Positions 1 through 9,344 of a DNA stretch of 64,000 nt are shown piece by piece. The position numbers were made by a program, and so were the translations under genes. Position 1 is the stretch's first letter. Every line of letters begins with the position of its first letter. Source of the stretch: a bacterium (GTDB lineage Bacteria; Krumholzibacteriota; Krumholzibacteriia; LZORAL124-64-63); assembly GCA_031441465.1 (NCBI GenBank), contig JANOEP010000049.1:15210-79209 (forward strand). The letters are read 5' to 3'. Below the pieces are notes generated by a model. It was not told the origin of the DNA. It saw nothing but the letters and a program-made list of their open reading frames with translations, and ran no database searches.

Positions 1-1
1 C

Positions 2-697
2 CAGCGTGTGGCGCCAGACCTGGTAAGAGCGCAGGGTGCCGGGGTCCTTCTTGGTGTAGAAGAGGGTGCGGTCGTCCTCGGCCCAGACGTGGTTGCCGCT
101 GGCGTTGGGGATGGCGTCGGGCAGGACCGCGCCCGTCGTCAGGTCCTTGAAGCGGATCGTGTAGAGGCGCCGCCCGACGGCGTCGTCGGCCCAGGCCAGG
201 ACGCCGCCGCCGGAGCTGACCGCGGTGTTGCGGGCCTGGAAGAAGGCGTGGCCTTCGGCCAGGACGTTGACGTCCAGCAGCACCTGCTCGGGCGCGTCCG
301 GCGCGTCCGCCCGGCGGCAGAAGACCGGGTATTCCTGGCCCCGGGCGAAGCGCGCGTAGTACCAGTGGCCGCGGTCGAGGTAGGGAACGGTGTCGTCGTC
401 CTTCTTGATGCGCCCGGTGATCTCCGCGAAGAGCGTCTCCTGCAGGGCGGCCGTGGGCGCCAGCACCGCGCCGGCGTAGGTGTTCTCGGCCTCGAGGTAG
501 GCGATCACCGCGGGGTCCTCACGACGGTTGAGCCAGTAGTAGTCGTCGACGCGCTCGCCGCCGAACTCCCGGAACACGTGGGGTTCGACCCGTGCGACCG
601 GCGGCGCGGGAGCGGTGACGGGGTCCGCAGCGGCGGCGAGGCCGCCGAGGCCGCAGCAAGCGGCGACGAACAGGAACCGCAGCAGGGGGGTGCGCAT
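2..697 (-). CDS. ptrB: Oligopeptidase B / S9A peptidase, N-terminal part (runs off the window)
   Basis: Not in the ORF track; translated by hand from ATG at 697: signal peptide MRTPLLRFLFVAACCG..., then ERVDDYYWL...AYLEAENTY...LFAEITGRIK...VLLDVNVLAEG...DAVGRRLYTIRFKDL, typical of the PtrB beta-propeller region. Confidence 0.85.
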   Translation of the reverse strand, partial: MRTPLLRFLFVAACCGLGGLAAAADPVTAPAPPVARVEPHVFREFGGERVDDYYWLNRREDPAVIAYLEAENTYAGAVLAPTAALQETLFAEITGRIKKDDDTVPYLDRGHWYYARFARGQEYPVFCRRADAPDAPEQVLLDVNVLAEGHAFFQARNTAVSSGGGVLAWADDAVGRRLYTIRFKDLTTGAVLPDAIPNASGNHVWAEDDRTLFYTKKDPGTLRSYQVWRHTL

Positions 698-826
698 GAG
701 GGCCGCCTCTCGCCGGAGTGAAGCCGGGCCGGGATCGATGTCGGCGGTGTGTGGCTACGCAACCGCGCCTCGACAGTTGCGCGCCCGCCGCCTACACTGG
801 CGCCGCACTCCAGCCGAGGCGGCGCC

Positions 827-2005
827 ATGTCCCGGAACGCCATGTTGACCGGTCTCGACGTCCTGGTCGAGCGCGACTTCGCGCCGTTGTGCGGTCGGCG
901 CGTCGGCCTGCTCTGCCACCCCGCCTCGGTGGACCGCCGCCTGCGCCACGCCGCGCGCCTGCTGCACGAAGCCGACGGCGTGGACCTGCGCTGTCTGTTC
1001 GGCCCGCAGCACGGCCTGCGGGGCGAGACCCAGGACAACATGGTCGAATGGCGCGGCTTCACCGACCCGGTGACCGGCCTGCCGGCCTACTCCCTCTACG
1101 GCGAGCACCGCCGGCCCACCGCGGCGATGCTCGCGGACCTCGACCTGCTGGTGATCGACCTGCAGGACGTCGGCGCGCGCTACTACACCTTCATCTGGAC
1201 CATGCTGCTGTGCCTCGAGGCGTGCGCCGATCAGGGCAAGTCGGTGCTGGTGCTCGACCGCCCGAACCCCCTGGGAAACGCCCGCGAGGGCAACGTCCTG
1301 GACCCCGCCTTCCGCTCCTTCGTCGGCCTCGAGCCGCTGCCCATGCGGCACGGCCTGACCGTCGGCGAACTGGCCCGGCTCTTCCGCCGACGCCGCGGCC
1401 TGGACGTCGACCTCGAGGTGATCGGCTGCCGCGGCCTGGATCCCGGCGCCTGGTTCGACGAGACCGGCCTGCCCTGGGTCCTGCCGTCCCCGAACATGCC
1501 GACGCTGGACACCGCCGCGGTCTACCCCGGCATGTGCCTGCTTGAGGGCACCCAGATGTCGGAAGGGAGGGGCACGACGCGGCCCTTCGAGATCTTCGGC
1601 GCGCCGTGGCTCGCGCCGGAGCGGCTCGCCGATCGCCTGGCCGGCGCCGACCTGCCGGGCGTCCGGCTGCGGCCGCTGCACTTCGAACCCGCTTTCCAGA
1701 AGCACCGGGGCCGGCTGTGCGGCGGCCTGCAGTTGCACGTGACCGACCGCCGTGCGTTCCGGCCCGTGCTGACCGCGGTCGCGGTGCTCTGCGCGGCGCG
1801 CGCCCTGTGGCCGGACGAATTCCGCTGGCAGGAGCCGCCGTACGAGTACGAGACGGTGAAGCCGCCGATCGACATCCTCGCCGGCGGCCGCGGGCTGCGC
1901 GAGGGCGTCGACGCCGGCGCCGACCCGCGCGACCTCGTCGGCGGCTGGGACCCGGAGTTGCGGCGCTTCGAGGCCGAATTCGAGGAGCTGCGCGGCGATG
2001 GCTGA
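827..2005 (+). CDS. namZ: Exo-beta-N-acetylmuramidase NamZ (DUF1343 family)
   Basis: Motifs LFGPQHG, DLQDVGARYYTF, VLDRPNP, RHGLTVGELA, PSPNMP, SEGRGTTRPFE; ATG at 827 inside ORF 749..2005. Confidence 0.88.
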   Translation: MSRNAMLTGLDVLVERDFAPLCGRRVGLLCHPASVDRRLRHAARLLHEADGVDLRCLFGPQHGLRGETQDNMVEWRGFTDPVTGLPAYSLYGEHRRPTAAMLADLDLLVIDLQDVGARYYTFIWTMLLCLEACADQGKSVLVLDRPNPLGNAREGNVLDPAFRSFVGLEPLPMRHGLTVGELARLFRRRRGLDVDLEVIGCRGLDPGAWFDETGLPWVLPSPNMPTLDTAAVYPGMCLLEGTQMSEGRGTTRPFEIFGAPWLAPERLADRLAGADLPGVRLRPLHFEPAFQKHRGRLCGGLQLHVTDRRAFRPVLTAVAVLCAARALWPDEFRWQEPPYEYETVKPPIDILAGGRGLREGVDAGADPRDLVGGWDPELRRFEAEFEELRGDG

Positions 2006-3749
2006 GCGCGCGACCGGCGTCCGCGGCGCCATGATCCTGGCCGCGGGGCTCGGCACGCGCCTGCGGCCCCTGACCGACACGACCCCCAAGCCGCTGGTGC
2101 AGCTCGGCGGCCGCACGCTGCTGGCGCGGATCGCCGCGAGGCTGCACGGCGCCGGCGCGCGGCGCCTCGCCGTGAACGCCCACCACCTGCCGCAGTCGAT
2201 CGCGCAGGCGTCGCACGCGCTGGTCGGATTCGACGAAGTCCGCGTCTTCACCGAGCCCGCCATCCTGGGCACCGCCGGCGGGATCGCGAACGCGCGCGCG
2301 TTTTTCCGCGGTGAGCCCCACATCCTGCTGCACAACGGCGACGTCGAGGCCGACACCGACCTCGCCGCCCTCGTCGCCGACCATCTCGCGACGGGAGCGG
2401 CCGCGACCCTGTTGCTCGCCGACTGGGCGCCCGTCAATTCCGTGCAACTGGGCGGCGACGGGATCGTGCGCGACATCGGCGACCGCGGTCACGCCCCCGT
2501 GCGCGACGGCGACCGCTCCCTGACCTACACCGGCGTCGCGGTGCTCGCCGCGCGCTTCCTCGACGCCCTGCCCGACGGCCCGGGCGCCCTCACCGACGCG
2601 CTGCGCTCCTGGATCGTGCGCGAGCCCGGGTCGGTGCGCGGCATCGCGCCGGCCGACCTGCGCTGGTCCGACCTGGGGACGCCCGGACGCTACCTCGACG
2701 CGCTGCTCGCGCTGGACGACCCGGCCGACGCGGCCGCGGCCGCCGCCGCCGTCGCCGCGCTGCCGGTCGTGAAGTCGTGCGGCTGGGACGGGGCCGCCGT
2801 CACGCGACTGGCGCCCGAGGGTTCCGACCGCGGCTTCTGGCGCCTGCGCCGGGGCGCCGGGAGCGCCGTGCTCATGAAGGACCGCCCCCGCGATCCCGAG
2901 TTCGACCGCGCGGTGTCGGTCGCCGCCTTCCTACACGCGGAGGATCTCGGCGGCGCCGCGGTCCTCGGCGCCGACCGCGAGGACGGCGCCGCCCTGCTCG
3001 AAGACCTCGGCGACGACTCGCTGCACCGCCTCGCGCACGCTCCGGGCGCCGACCGCCTGGCCCTGTACGGCCCGGTCGTCGACCTGCTGGCGGCGTTGCA
3101 GTCGCGCGGCACCGCCCAGAGCGGCGCCTGCCCCGCGGCTTGCGACCGTGTCTTCGGGCGCGAGGACCTGCTGGCCGAGACCGCCTACTTCCGCCGCCGT
3201 TTCCTGCTGGAGGACCGCGGGCTGTCCGCATCGCAACTGGACGGCCTCGACGCCGAGTTCGCAGCGCTGGCCGACGCCGTGTCGGCGCAGCCGCGCGCCC
3301 TGATGCACCGCGACTTCCAATCGCGGAACATCCTGCTGCACGACGGCCGCGTGCGTCTGGTGGACGTGCAGGGGATGCGGCTCGGGCCCTGCGCCTACGA
3401 CCTGATGTCCCTGCTGCGCGACGCCTATGTCGATCTCGGCGACGAGCTGCGCAGCGCGCTCCTGGACCGCTTCGCCAGGGCAAGCGCCGCCGCCGGCGGC
3501 CCGGCCCCGCGCCCGGCGGCGGAACTGCGCCGGGACGCGACCCTGGCCGGTCTGCAGCGCGTCCTGCAGGCCCTCGGGGCGTTCGCCTTCCTCTCGAACG
3601 TCAAGGGCAAAACGGCCTTCCGTAATCATATCCATCTGGCATGGAATCACTTACAGGACTTGCTGGCCGACTTGGAGCGCCTCCCGCCCCCCGCCCCCCG
3701 CATGGCGAAACTCCATCATGTCGTTGCAATAATCACTATTGATCAATAA
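1998..3749 (+). CDS. Fusion of a MurU-like nucleotidyltransferase (N-term) and an AmgK-like anomeric sugar kinase (APH fold, C-term)
   Basis: N-term ILAAGLGTRLRPLTDTTPKPL, LGTAGG, HNGD; C-term EGSDRGFWR, LLEDLGD, HRDFQSRN, GPCAYDLMSLLRD, LQRVLQALGAF; overlaps the end of namZ. Confidence 0.82.
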   Translation: MAERATGVRGAMILAAGLGTRLRPLTDTTPKPLVQLGGRTLLARIAARLHGAGARRLAVNAHHLPQSIAQASHALVGFDEVRVFTEPAILGTAGGIANARAFFRGEPHILLHNGDVEADTDLAALVADHLATGAAATLLLADWAPVNSVQLGGDGIVRDIGDRGHAPVRDGDRSLTYTGVAVLAARFLDALPDGPGALTDALRSWIVREPGSVRGIAPADLRWSDLGTPGRYLDALLALDDPADAAAAAAAVAALPVVKSCGWDGAAVTRLAPEGSDRGFWRLRRGAGSAVLMKDRPRDPEFDRAVSVAAFLHAEDLGGAAVLGADREDGAALLEDLGDDSLHRLAHAPGADRLALYGPVVDLLAALQSRGTAQSGACPAACDRVFGREDLLAETAYFRRRFLLEDRGLSASQLDGLDAEFAALADAVSAQPRALMHRDFQSRNILLHDGRVRLVDVQGMRLGPCAYDLMSLLRDAYVDLGDELRSALLDRFARASAAAGGPAPRPAAELRRDATLAGLQRVLQALGAFAFLSNVKGKTAFRNHIHLAWNHLQDLLADLERLPPPAPRMAKLHHVVAIITIDQ

Positions 3750-3767
3750 TAATGACGATGGTATAAT
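3739..3767 (+). promoter_or_regulatory. Sigma70-type promoter for the 3879 gene
   Basis: TTGATC-17 bp-TATAAT with extended -10 TG; overlaps a perfect palindrome TATTGATCAATA (3737-3748). Confidence 0.6.
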
Positions 3768-3878
3768 TATTGACGTCGCGGCCGGGCAGGTAAGCCGGTC
3801 GCGCCCCTCACCGCCGGGATCGACCGTCGAGCCGGGCAGAGATGTTGGCATCGTGACGTCGCGAACCAGGAGACCGAC

Positions 3879-4433
3879 ATGACAACCTTGCGCCTGCTGC
3901 TGCTGTTCTGCCTGATCGCTGCCGTGCCCGCGCTGGCCGACCCCCTGGTCATCCCCCTGACCAATGTCGACGGCCAGTACGTCGCGCGGTTCGGCGAGAG
4001 TGCACGGTCCACCACCTTCACCCTCGCACCCGAAATCGGTGCGATCGACGACCTGTCGATCCACTGGACCGGCGAGGCCTTCAACGGCCAGCGTCGCGAC
4101 GGCAACGGCAACCTCGTGGACTGGATCGCCGACTTGGTCGCGTTCGTGCCCGACCCCCACGGTGGGTTCCTGTGGGCCGTGGCGCAGCCGCTGACCGGCG
4201 CCTTCGACCTCAGCACGCCGTTCACCACCCTCGGCGGCAGCGCCGTGGCGAGCTGGGCGTTCCTGCTGGACGGTCCCGTCCAGGTCGGCCTGGCCCTGGT
4301 CGCGAGCCAGGACGACGACATGGAAATCGTGGCCTGGCCCGAGGCGCGCCTCGATGCGGCCGCGATCGAGGCCGGCACGTACGTCGGCAACGAAGACGCC
4401 ACCTGGGGGAGCGTGAAGGCTCTCTACCGATAG
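3879..4433 (+). CDS. Secreted hypothetical protein with C-terminal WGxxKxxYR tail
   Basis: RBS AGGAG, signal peptide (...AVPALA-D), ends NEDATWGSVKALYR*. Confidence 0.8.
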   Translation: MTTLRLLLLFCLIAAVPALADPLVIPLTNVDGQYVARFGESARSTTFTLAPEIGAIDDLSIHWTGEAFNGQRRDGNGNLVDWIADLVAFVPDPHGGFLWAVAQPLTGAFDLSTPFTTLGGSAVASWAFLLDGPVQVGLALVASQDDDMEIVAWPEARLDAAAIEAGTYVGNEDATWGSVKALYR

Positions 4434-4456
4434 TTTTCCCAGCAGGTGAGGGGAAG

Positions 4457-4493
4457 CGGGGCGCCGGTCGCTGTGGGCCGGTGCCCTGTTTTT
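4457..4493 (+). terminator. Probable intrinsic terminator
   Basis: GC-rich hairpin (ggggcgccggtc...ggccggtgccc) followed by a T-run, just after the 4433 stop. Confidence 0.5.
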
Positions 4494-4549
4494 CGATTTG
4501 CTGCCGGGCGGCTCCGGCTTACTCTGGACCGACCCGAAGGGAGATCGTG

Positions 4550-5803
4550 ATGCACGACAGGATCCAGGTGGCGGTGGACTCGGAGATCGGCGGACTGGAG
4601 GCGGTGCTGCTGCACCGGCCGGGGCCCGAGATCGAGAACATGACACCGCAGAACGCCGAGCGCGCATTGTACAGCGACATCCTCAACCTGCCGGAAGCCT
4701 CGGCGGAGTACGCCGTGCTGGAGGGCGTGCTGGCCCGTTGCGCGCTGGTGCTGCACGTGGACGAGCTGCTGGCGGACGTGCTCGCGGACGAGACGGCGCG
4801 CGCCGCGCTGCTGCGCCGCATCTGCGCGCGGGAGAACGTCGACCGGCTCGAAAGCGCCCTGGCGGCGTTGCCCGCCGCGGAACTGGCGCGGCGCCTCGTC
4901 GAGGGCATCGCCCTGGAGCCGGCGTCGTTGACCGACTACCTGAGCGCCGAGCGCCACGCCCTGCGCCCCCTGCACAACCTGTTCTTCATGCGCGATACGG
5001 CGGCCGCGGTCGGCGACCGCGTCCTGGTCGGCCGCATGGCCAACGCGGTGCGCGAGCGCGAGGCGGTGATCCTCGAGGCGGTGCTGCGCTGCCACCCGTT
5101 GCTGCGCGCGCGCACCGTCGAACCGGACTCCCTGGTCGGTTCCGCCATGAAGCTGGAGGGCGGCGACGTGCTGGTCGCGCGCGAGGACCTGCTGATCTTC
5201 GGCCTCGGCCAGCGCACCTCGCCGCAGGCCGTCGATTTCGTCGTCGAACGCCTGCGCGAGACGCGCGGGCGCTTCGACGTGGTGGTCCAGGAACTGCCGG
5301 CCGCGCCGGAATCGTTCATCCACCTCGACATGGTCTTCACCATCCTGGATCGCGACGCCTGCCTGATCTACGAGCCGGTGATCACGGGGCCGACGCGCCT
5401 GCGCACGGTGCACCTGAGCGTCGAGGGGGGGCGCGTCGTGTCGATCCGCGAGGACGAGCACCTGCTGGACTGCCTGCGCCGGCTCGGCCTGGACCTCGAA
5501 CCGGTGGCCTGCGGCGGCCACACCGACCCCTGGCTCCAGGAGCGCGAGCAGTGGCACTCCGGCACCAACAGCTTCGCGCTGGCGCCGGGGCGCGTGATCG
5601 TCTACGGCCGCAACGTCCACACGGTCGAGGAGCTGGACCGCCACGGCTTCGCCGTCATCGAGGCCCGCGACGTTGTCGACGGCCGCGTCGATCCCGCCGC
5701 CTACCGGCGCTGCGCCATCGTGCTGCCCGGCTCGGAACTCCCCCGTGGCGGCGGCGGGCCGCGCTGCATGACGATGCCCCTGCGACGGGCGTCGGTTTCT
5801 TGA
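4550..5803 (+). CDS. arcA: Arginine deiminase
   Basis: SEIG...LLHRPG, NLFFMRD, LEGGD, HLDMV, GGGPRCMTMP catalytic motifs; RBS GAAGGGAG upstream of ATG 4550. Confidence 0.88.
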   Translation: MHDRIQVAVDSEIGGLEAVLLHRPGPEIENMTPQNAERALYSDILNLPEASAEYAVLEGVLARCALVLHVDELLADVLADETARAALLRRICARENVDRLESALAALPAAELARRLVEGIALEPASLTDYLSAERHALRPLHNLFFMRDTAAAVGDRVLVGRMANAVREREAVILEAVLRCHPLLRARTVEPDSLVGSAMKLEGGDVLVAREDLLIFGLGQRTSPQAVDFVVERLRETRGRFDVVVQELPAAPESFIHLDMVFTILDRDACLIYEPVITGPTRLRTVHLSVEGGRVVSIREDEHLLDCLRRLGLDLEPVACGGHTDPWLQEREQWHSGTNSFALAPGRVIVYGRNVHTVEELDRHGFAVIEARDVVDGRVDPAAYRRCAIVLPGSELPRGGGGPRCMTMPLRRASVS

Positions 5804-5840
5804 CCCATCACCCCCGCCGTCTTCATCGGCGACGGTGCGA

Positions 5841-8228
5841 TCACCTGACGATCACCATCTTGTGCGTCGCCAGCCGCGCATCATCACGCACGCGGATCAG
5901 GTAGGTTCCGGCCGCCACGGCGCGGCCCGCCTCATCGTGCGCGTCCCAGGTGAACAACATCGGCGTCTTGCTGCCGGCGCCGCGATGGAGCTGCCGCACC
6001 AGGTGCCCGCGCACATCGAACACGCTCACCTCGAGCAGTCCGCGCCCGGAAGCAGTCACTTCGAAAGACGAGGCTCCTGGCGACGGGTTGGCCAGCAAGG
6101 CGCGGATCAGCGGCAAGGCCGCTTCATCACGCGGCTGCGGCGCGGAGGTCATGCTGCCGGGTCCGTGCAGTCCGTGCCCCGCCGCGACCGCCTGGTCCCA
6201 GTCGCCGATGAACTCCCACCAGTTGGAGAGCGCCTCGCTGCCGTAAGCCAGGCCGTTGTCGTGGCCCGGCATGCTCATCATCCAGTAGATGTACCACTGC
6301 GTTTCGACGCGCTGGCTGAAGTCCATCACACCGTCCGGCCACGGCCACACCAGCGATCCCCAGGTGTCGACGTTCAACGGCGTGAAGGTGCCCGAACCGT
6401 CGACGGTCCAGTCGGCGATGTCGCTGAGGACCACCGTCTGGTTCTCGTAGTCGTAATCGGCCAGCGTGTTGGGGGGGCTGTGCGTGTCCCCGCAACGGCC
6501 GGTCACTTTGTTGCCATCCTGGTCCTGGCCGCGCCACTGCTTCCAGAAGAGGTCGGCATTGCCGTCCTGCTGCTCGTTCACCCAGGCGAGCTGCGATTCC
6601 AGCTGGTGCCCGTGGTCATGCACCGCCTCGGCCTGGCTGCGGCGGAAGTTGTAACCGTAAACGACGTAGGACTTGTCGTAGACCGGCAGGTCGGACGGGT
6701 CGCGGTTGCTGTTGGAGATGTCGCCCGTCAACGGGCTCGACATGTTCGATTCCCAGCCGCCGCGGAAATCGGCCACGTCGTGCAGGCCCGGGTCGAAGCT
6801 GGGCCAACGCCCCAGGCCGCCCGTCCAGACCCAGATCTCCTTGACGCCCAGGTCTTCCACGTAGTGGCGCACGTCGAGGCGATCGAAGATCGTGAACCAG
6901 TCCGCTTCCCACAACGGGTCGCCCTGGTCGTAGCCGACGATCTTGCCGGGCGGCGTCTGCTCGTAGACGGTGATCTGGTCCACCACCCGATAGCCCAGCG
7001 ACGGCCGCGCCTGCGGGTCGTTGTACGCGCGGAATCGGCTGCCCTGCTCCAGGGAGAACTTCGTGCGGCGGTTCATCGCCAGCACGTCGGCATCCAGCTG
7101 GGCCAGGGTCAGCGGGTTCAGCCACCAGAAGTCCGGCGAGATGGAAGTGTCCAGGTTGACTCCGTCCGCGGTCGCGAAGTACCTGATGACCAGCACCGGC
7201 ACCTCCCAGATGGCGTTGGTCACGGGCGTCGACAGGTCGTTTGGCAGCACTTCATGCGTCGGAGCCAGGACCGGCGCCCGCACCTGCAACTCGCAGGACG
7301 CCGACCGTCCCCGGTACGTCGCCGTCAGCGTGACTGTTCCCGCGCCCACGGCGCGCAGAGCGCCGTCCGGCAGCACGTCCACGGCATTCGCATCGCTGGT
7401 CGACCAGGCGGCGACGCTCTGCGGGATCTCGACCTCGCCGAACTGCGTCGTGGCCGTCAGCGTCACGTACACGGGCCAGGTCACCCACGGCTCCGTCGCG
7501 CGTGGCGCCGCCGTCAGATCGGTGACCGTCAGCCCCGCCAGGAAGGCCGCTTCGATTTCCGCCGCGCTGCGCACGACGCTGCTGATGCGCCATTCGTCGA
7601 TCGCGCCTTCGAGGGTGTCGCCGGCGCCCTCGCCGCCGACCTGGAACTGCGCGTCCCCGATCGCCGGCGGCGTGTAGCCCACGCCCTCTTCACCCCGCAG
7701 CACGCCGTCGATGTAGACGCGGGCAACGTCGCTGTCCCAGGTAAACGCGCAATGGTGCCACTGCTCGGCCGCCCATTCGCCGGCCAGGTTGCAGCTCGCG
7801 CCGCGTTCGGGCAGGCCGTGGTCGCTCCACCGGTTGATCATGATCCGCAGATTGTCGGCGCCGTCCTTCGCCAGCAACAGGCCGCCCCAAGTCCCCCAGG
7901 TCAGCATCAGGTGTGTCTGGCCGTCGTTGCCGGCCCAGTGCGGTTTCAGCCAGAACTCGACGGTTCCCGCCGCCATGACCAGATTGCCTGCCGCGGCGTA
8001 GCGCAATTGCGCACCGCTCGGCAAATCGATGGCTTGGCCGAACACGCCGCCCGTGTAGCCGACGCCCGAGGCCGAGGCCGGGCTTTCGCCGGCTGCGCCC
8101 AGCACATTCCCGTTGCCGTGAAGAAGCAAGAGAGTGTGTGCGTCGGGCGTGAGCTCCTGCGCGACGGCAGGCCCGACGGCGATCGCGAGCAGCAGAGCCG
8201 CGACGCTGATCCTGGCGAATGAATGCAT
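5841..8228 (-). CDS. Secreted multidomain protein: LamG-like domain + Ig-like domain + putative metal-binding domain + FlgD/T9SS-like C-terminal domain
   Basis: Signal peptide from ATG 8228; GTVEFW...WHHCAFTWD...YIDG...GAIDEWRIS (LamG); WSTSDANAVDV...GTVTLTATY (Ig); HDHGHQLE; C-term ANP...VFDVRGHLVRQL...TWDAHDEAGRAVAAGTYLIR...KMVIVR. Confidence 0.75.
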   Translation of the reverse strand: MHSFARISVAALLLAIAVGPAVAQELTPDAHTLLLLHGNGNVLGAAGESPASASGVGYTGGVFGQAIDLPSGAQLRYAAAGNLVMAAGTVEFWLKPHWAGNDGQTHLMLTWGTWGGLLLAKDGADNLRIMINRWSDHGLPERGASCNLAGEWAAEQWHHCAFTWDSDVARVYIDGVLRGEEGVGYTPPAIGDAQFQVGGEGAGDTLEGAIDEWRISSVVRSAAEIEAAFLAGLTVTDLTAAPRATEPWVTWPVYVTLTATTQFGEVEIPQSVAAWSTSDANAVDVLPDGALRAVGAGTVTLTATYRGRSASCELQVRAPVLAPTHEVLPNDLSTPVTNAIWEVPVLVIRYFATADGVNLDTSISPDFWWLNPLTLAQLDADVLAMNRRTKFSLEQGSRFRAYNDPQARPSLGYRVVDQITVYEQTPPGKIVGYDQGDPLWEADWFTIFDRLDVRHYVEDLGVKEIWVWTGGLGRWPSFDPGLHDVADFRGGWESNMSSPLTGDISNSNRDPSDLPVYDKSYVVYGYNFRRSQAEAVHDHGHQLESQLAWVNEQQDGNADLFWKQWRGQDQDGNKVTGRCGDTHSPPNTLADYDYENQTVVLSDIADWTVDGSGTFTPLNVDTWGSLVWPWPDGVMDFSQRVETQWYIYWMMSMPGHDNGLAYGSEALSNWWEFIGDWDQAVAAGHGLHGPGSMTSAPQPRDEAALPLIRALLANPSPGASSFEVTASGRGLLEVSVFDVRGHLVRQLHRGAGSKTPMLFTWDAHDEAGRAVAAGTYLIRVRDDARLATHKMVIVR

Positions 8229-8464
8229 GAATCCCCCCCGATTCCGACGATTCTCCATGCTGGCGTGATGGGACCCCCGCGAAATGATAGTACACATCCA
8301 GGAGCGCGCGGCAGGAAAATCGCGGCGTGGGGGCCGGCGAAACGGGGTCGGGGCGCCGTTACCAGGCCCGAGCCGACGCGCCCGCGGTTGCGAAGTGCGG
8401 CAGCCGTCGCTAATATCGGCGCCGGCAGGCAATCGGTCCGTGAACCGCAATCCGGAGGTTTGGC

Positions 8465-9292
8465 GTGAATTCGAGGCATGTCCTGGTGGTGGCGGCGCTG
8501 GTCGCCGTTTGTTCCGGCGCGTCGGCCGGCGAGTGGCAGAAGTCCGCGGACCTGGGGCTGATGTTCAGCCAGAGCGGCTACAGCGGTTCCTGGGCCGGCA
8601 GCGAGCTGGGCTCGGTGGTCTGGACCTTCACCGGCGACGTCGCGGCGCAGAAGGATCTCAACGCCTCGACGAACTGGAAGAACACCCTGAAGCTCACCTA
8701 CGGCCAGACCCACCAGGAGAAGGAAACCGCCGCCGGCAAGGTGTGGGCGTCGCCGCTGAAGTCGACCGACCGCATCTTCTTCGAGTCGCTGCTGCGCTTC
8801 GGCACCGACCGCCCGATCACGCCCTACCTGGCCTTCGCGGCCGAGACCCAGTTCCACGACGGCGACAACCACCCGCTGACGCCGGCCCTGCTGACCGAGT
8901 CCGCGGGCCTTGGCCGACAGCTGGTCAAGAACGAGACGACCGACCTGATGACCCGCGTCGGCCTCGGCGTGCGCCAGCGCACGGCCTACCGGGTCGCGAC
9001 GGTGCAGGACGCCGGCCTGGAGTGGGTCACGGACCTGACGCACACCTTCAACCCCCAGTTGAACGTCGTCTCGAAGCTGCGGGTCTTCCAGGCCGTCGCC
9101 AGTAATCTCGACGAGACGTACGGCGACGACTGGCAGGGCACCGACGTCGCCTACGAGACGAAGTTTTCGGCGCAGGTCTCCAAGTACGTGCAGACCTCGC
9201 TGTTCCTGGAGTGGCTCTACGACCGGGAGATCTCCGACCGCGGGCGCTGGCGGGAAATCGTCGGCTTCGGCGTGACTTACAAACTGTTCTAG
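8465..9292 (+). CDS. Outer-membrane beta-barrel protein (DUF3078/DUF481-like)
   Basis: Signal peptide, FSQSGYSGSWAG motif, amphipathic strands, terminal GFGVTYKLF BAM-type signature. Confidence 0.7.
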   Translation: MNSRHVLVVAALVAVCSGASAGEWQKSADLGLMFSQSGYSGSWAGSELGSVVWTFTGDVAAQKDLNASTNWKNTLKLTYGQTHQEKETAAGKVWASPLKSTDRIFFESLLRFGTDRPITPYLAFAAETQFHDGDNHPLTPALLTESAGLGRQLVKNETTDLMTRVGLGVRQRTAYRVATVQDAGLEWVTDLTHTFNPQLNVVSKLRVFQAVASNLDETYGDDWQGTDVAYETKFSAQVSKYVQTSLFLEWLYDREISDRGRWREIVGFGVTYKLF

Positions 9293-9344
9293 TCGCGCCG
9301 CGCGACGGATCGCGGGGCCGGAGCGCGCGGGCGTTCCGGCCTCG

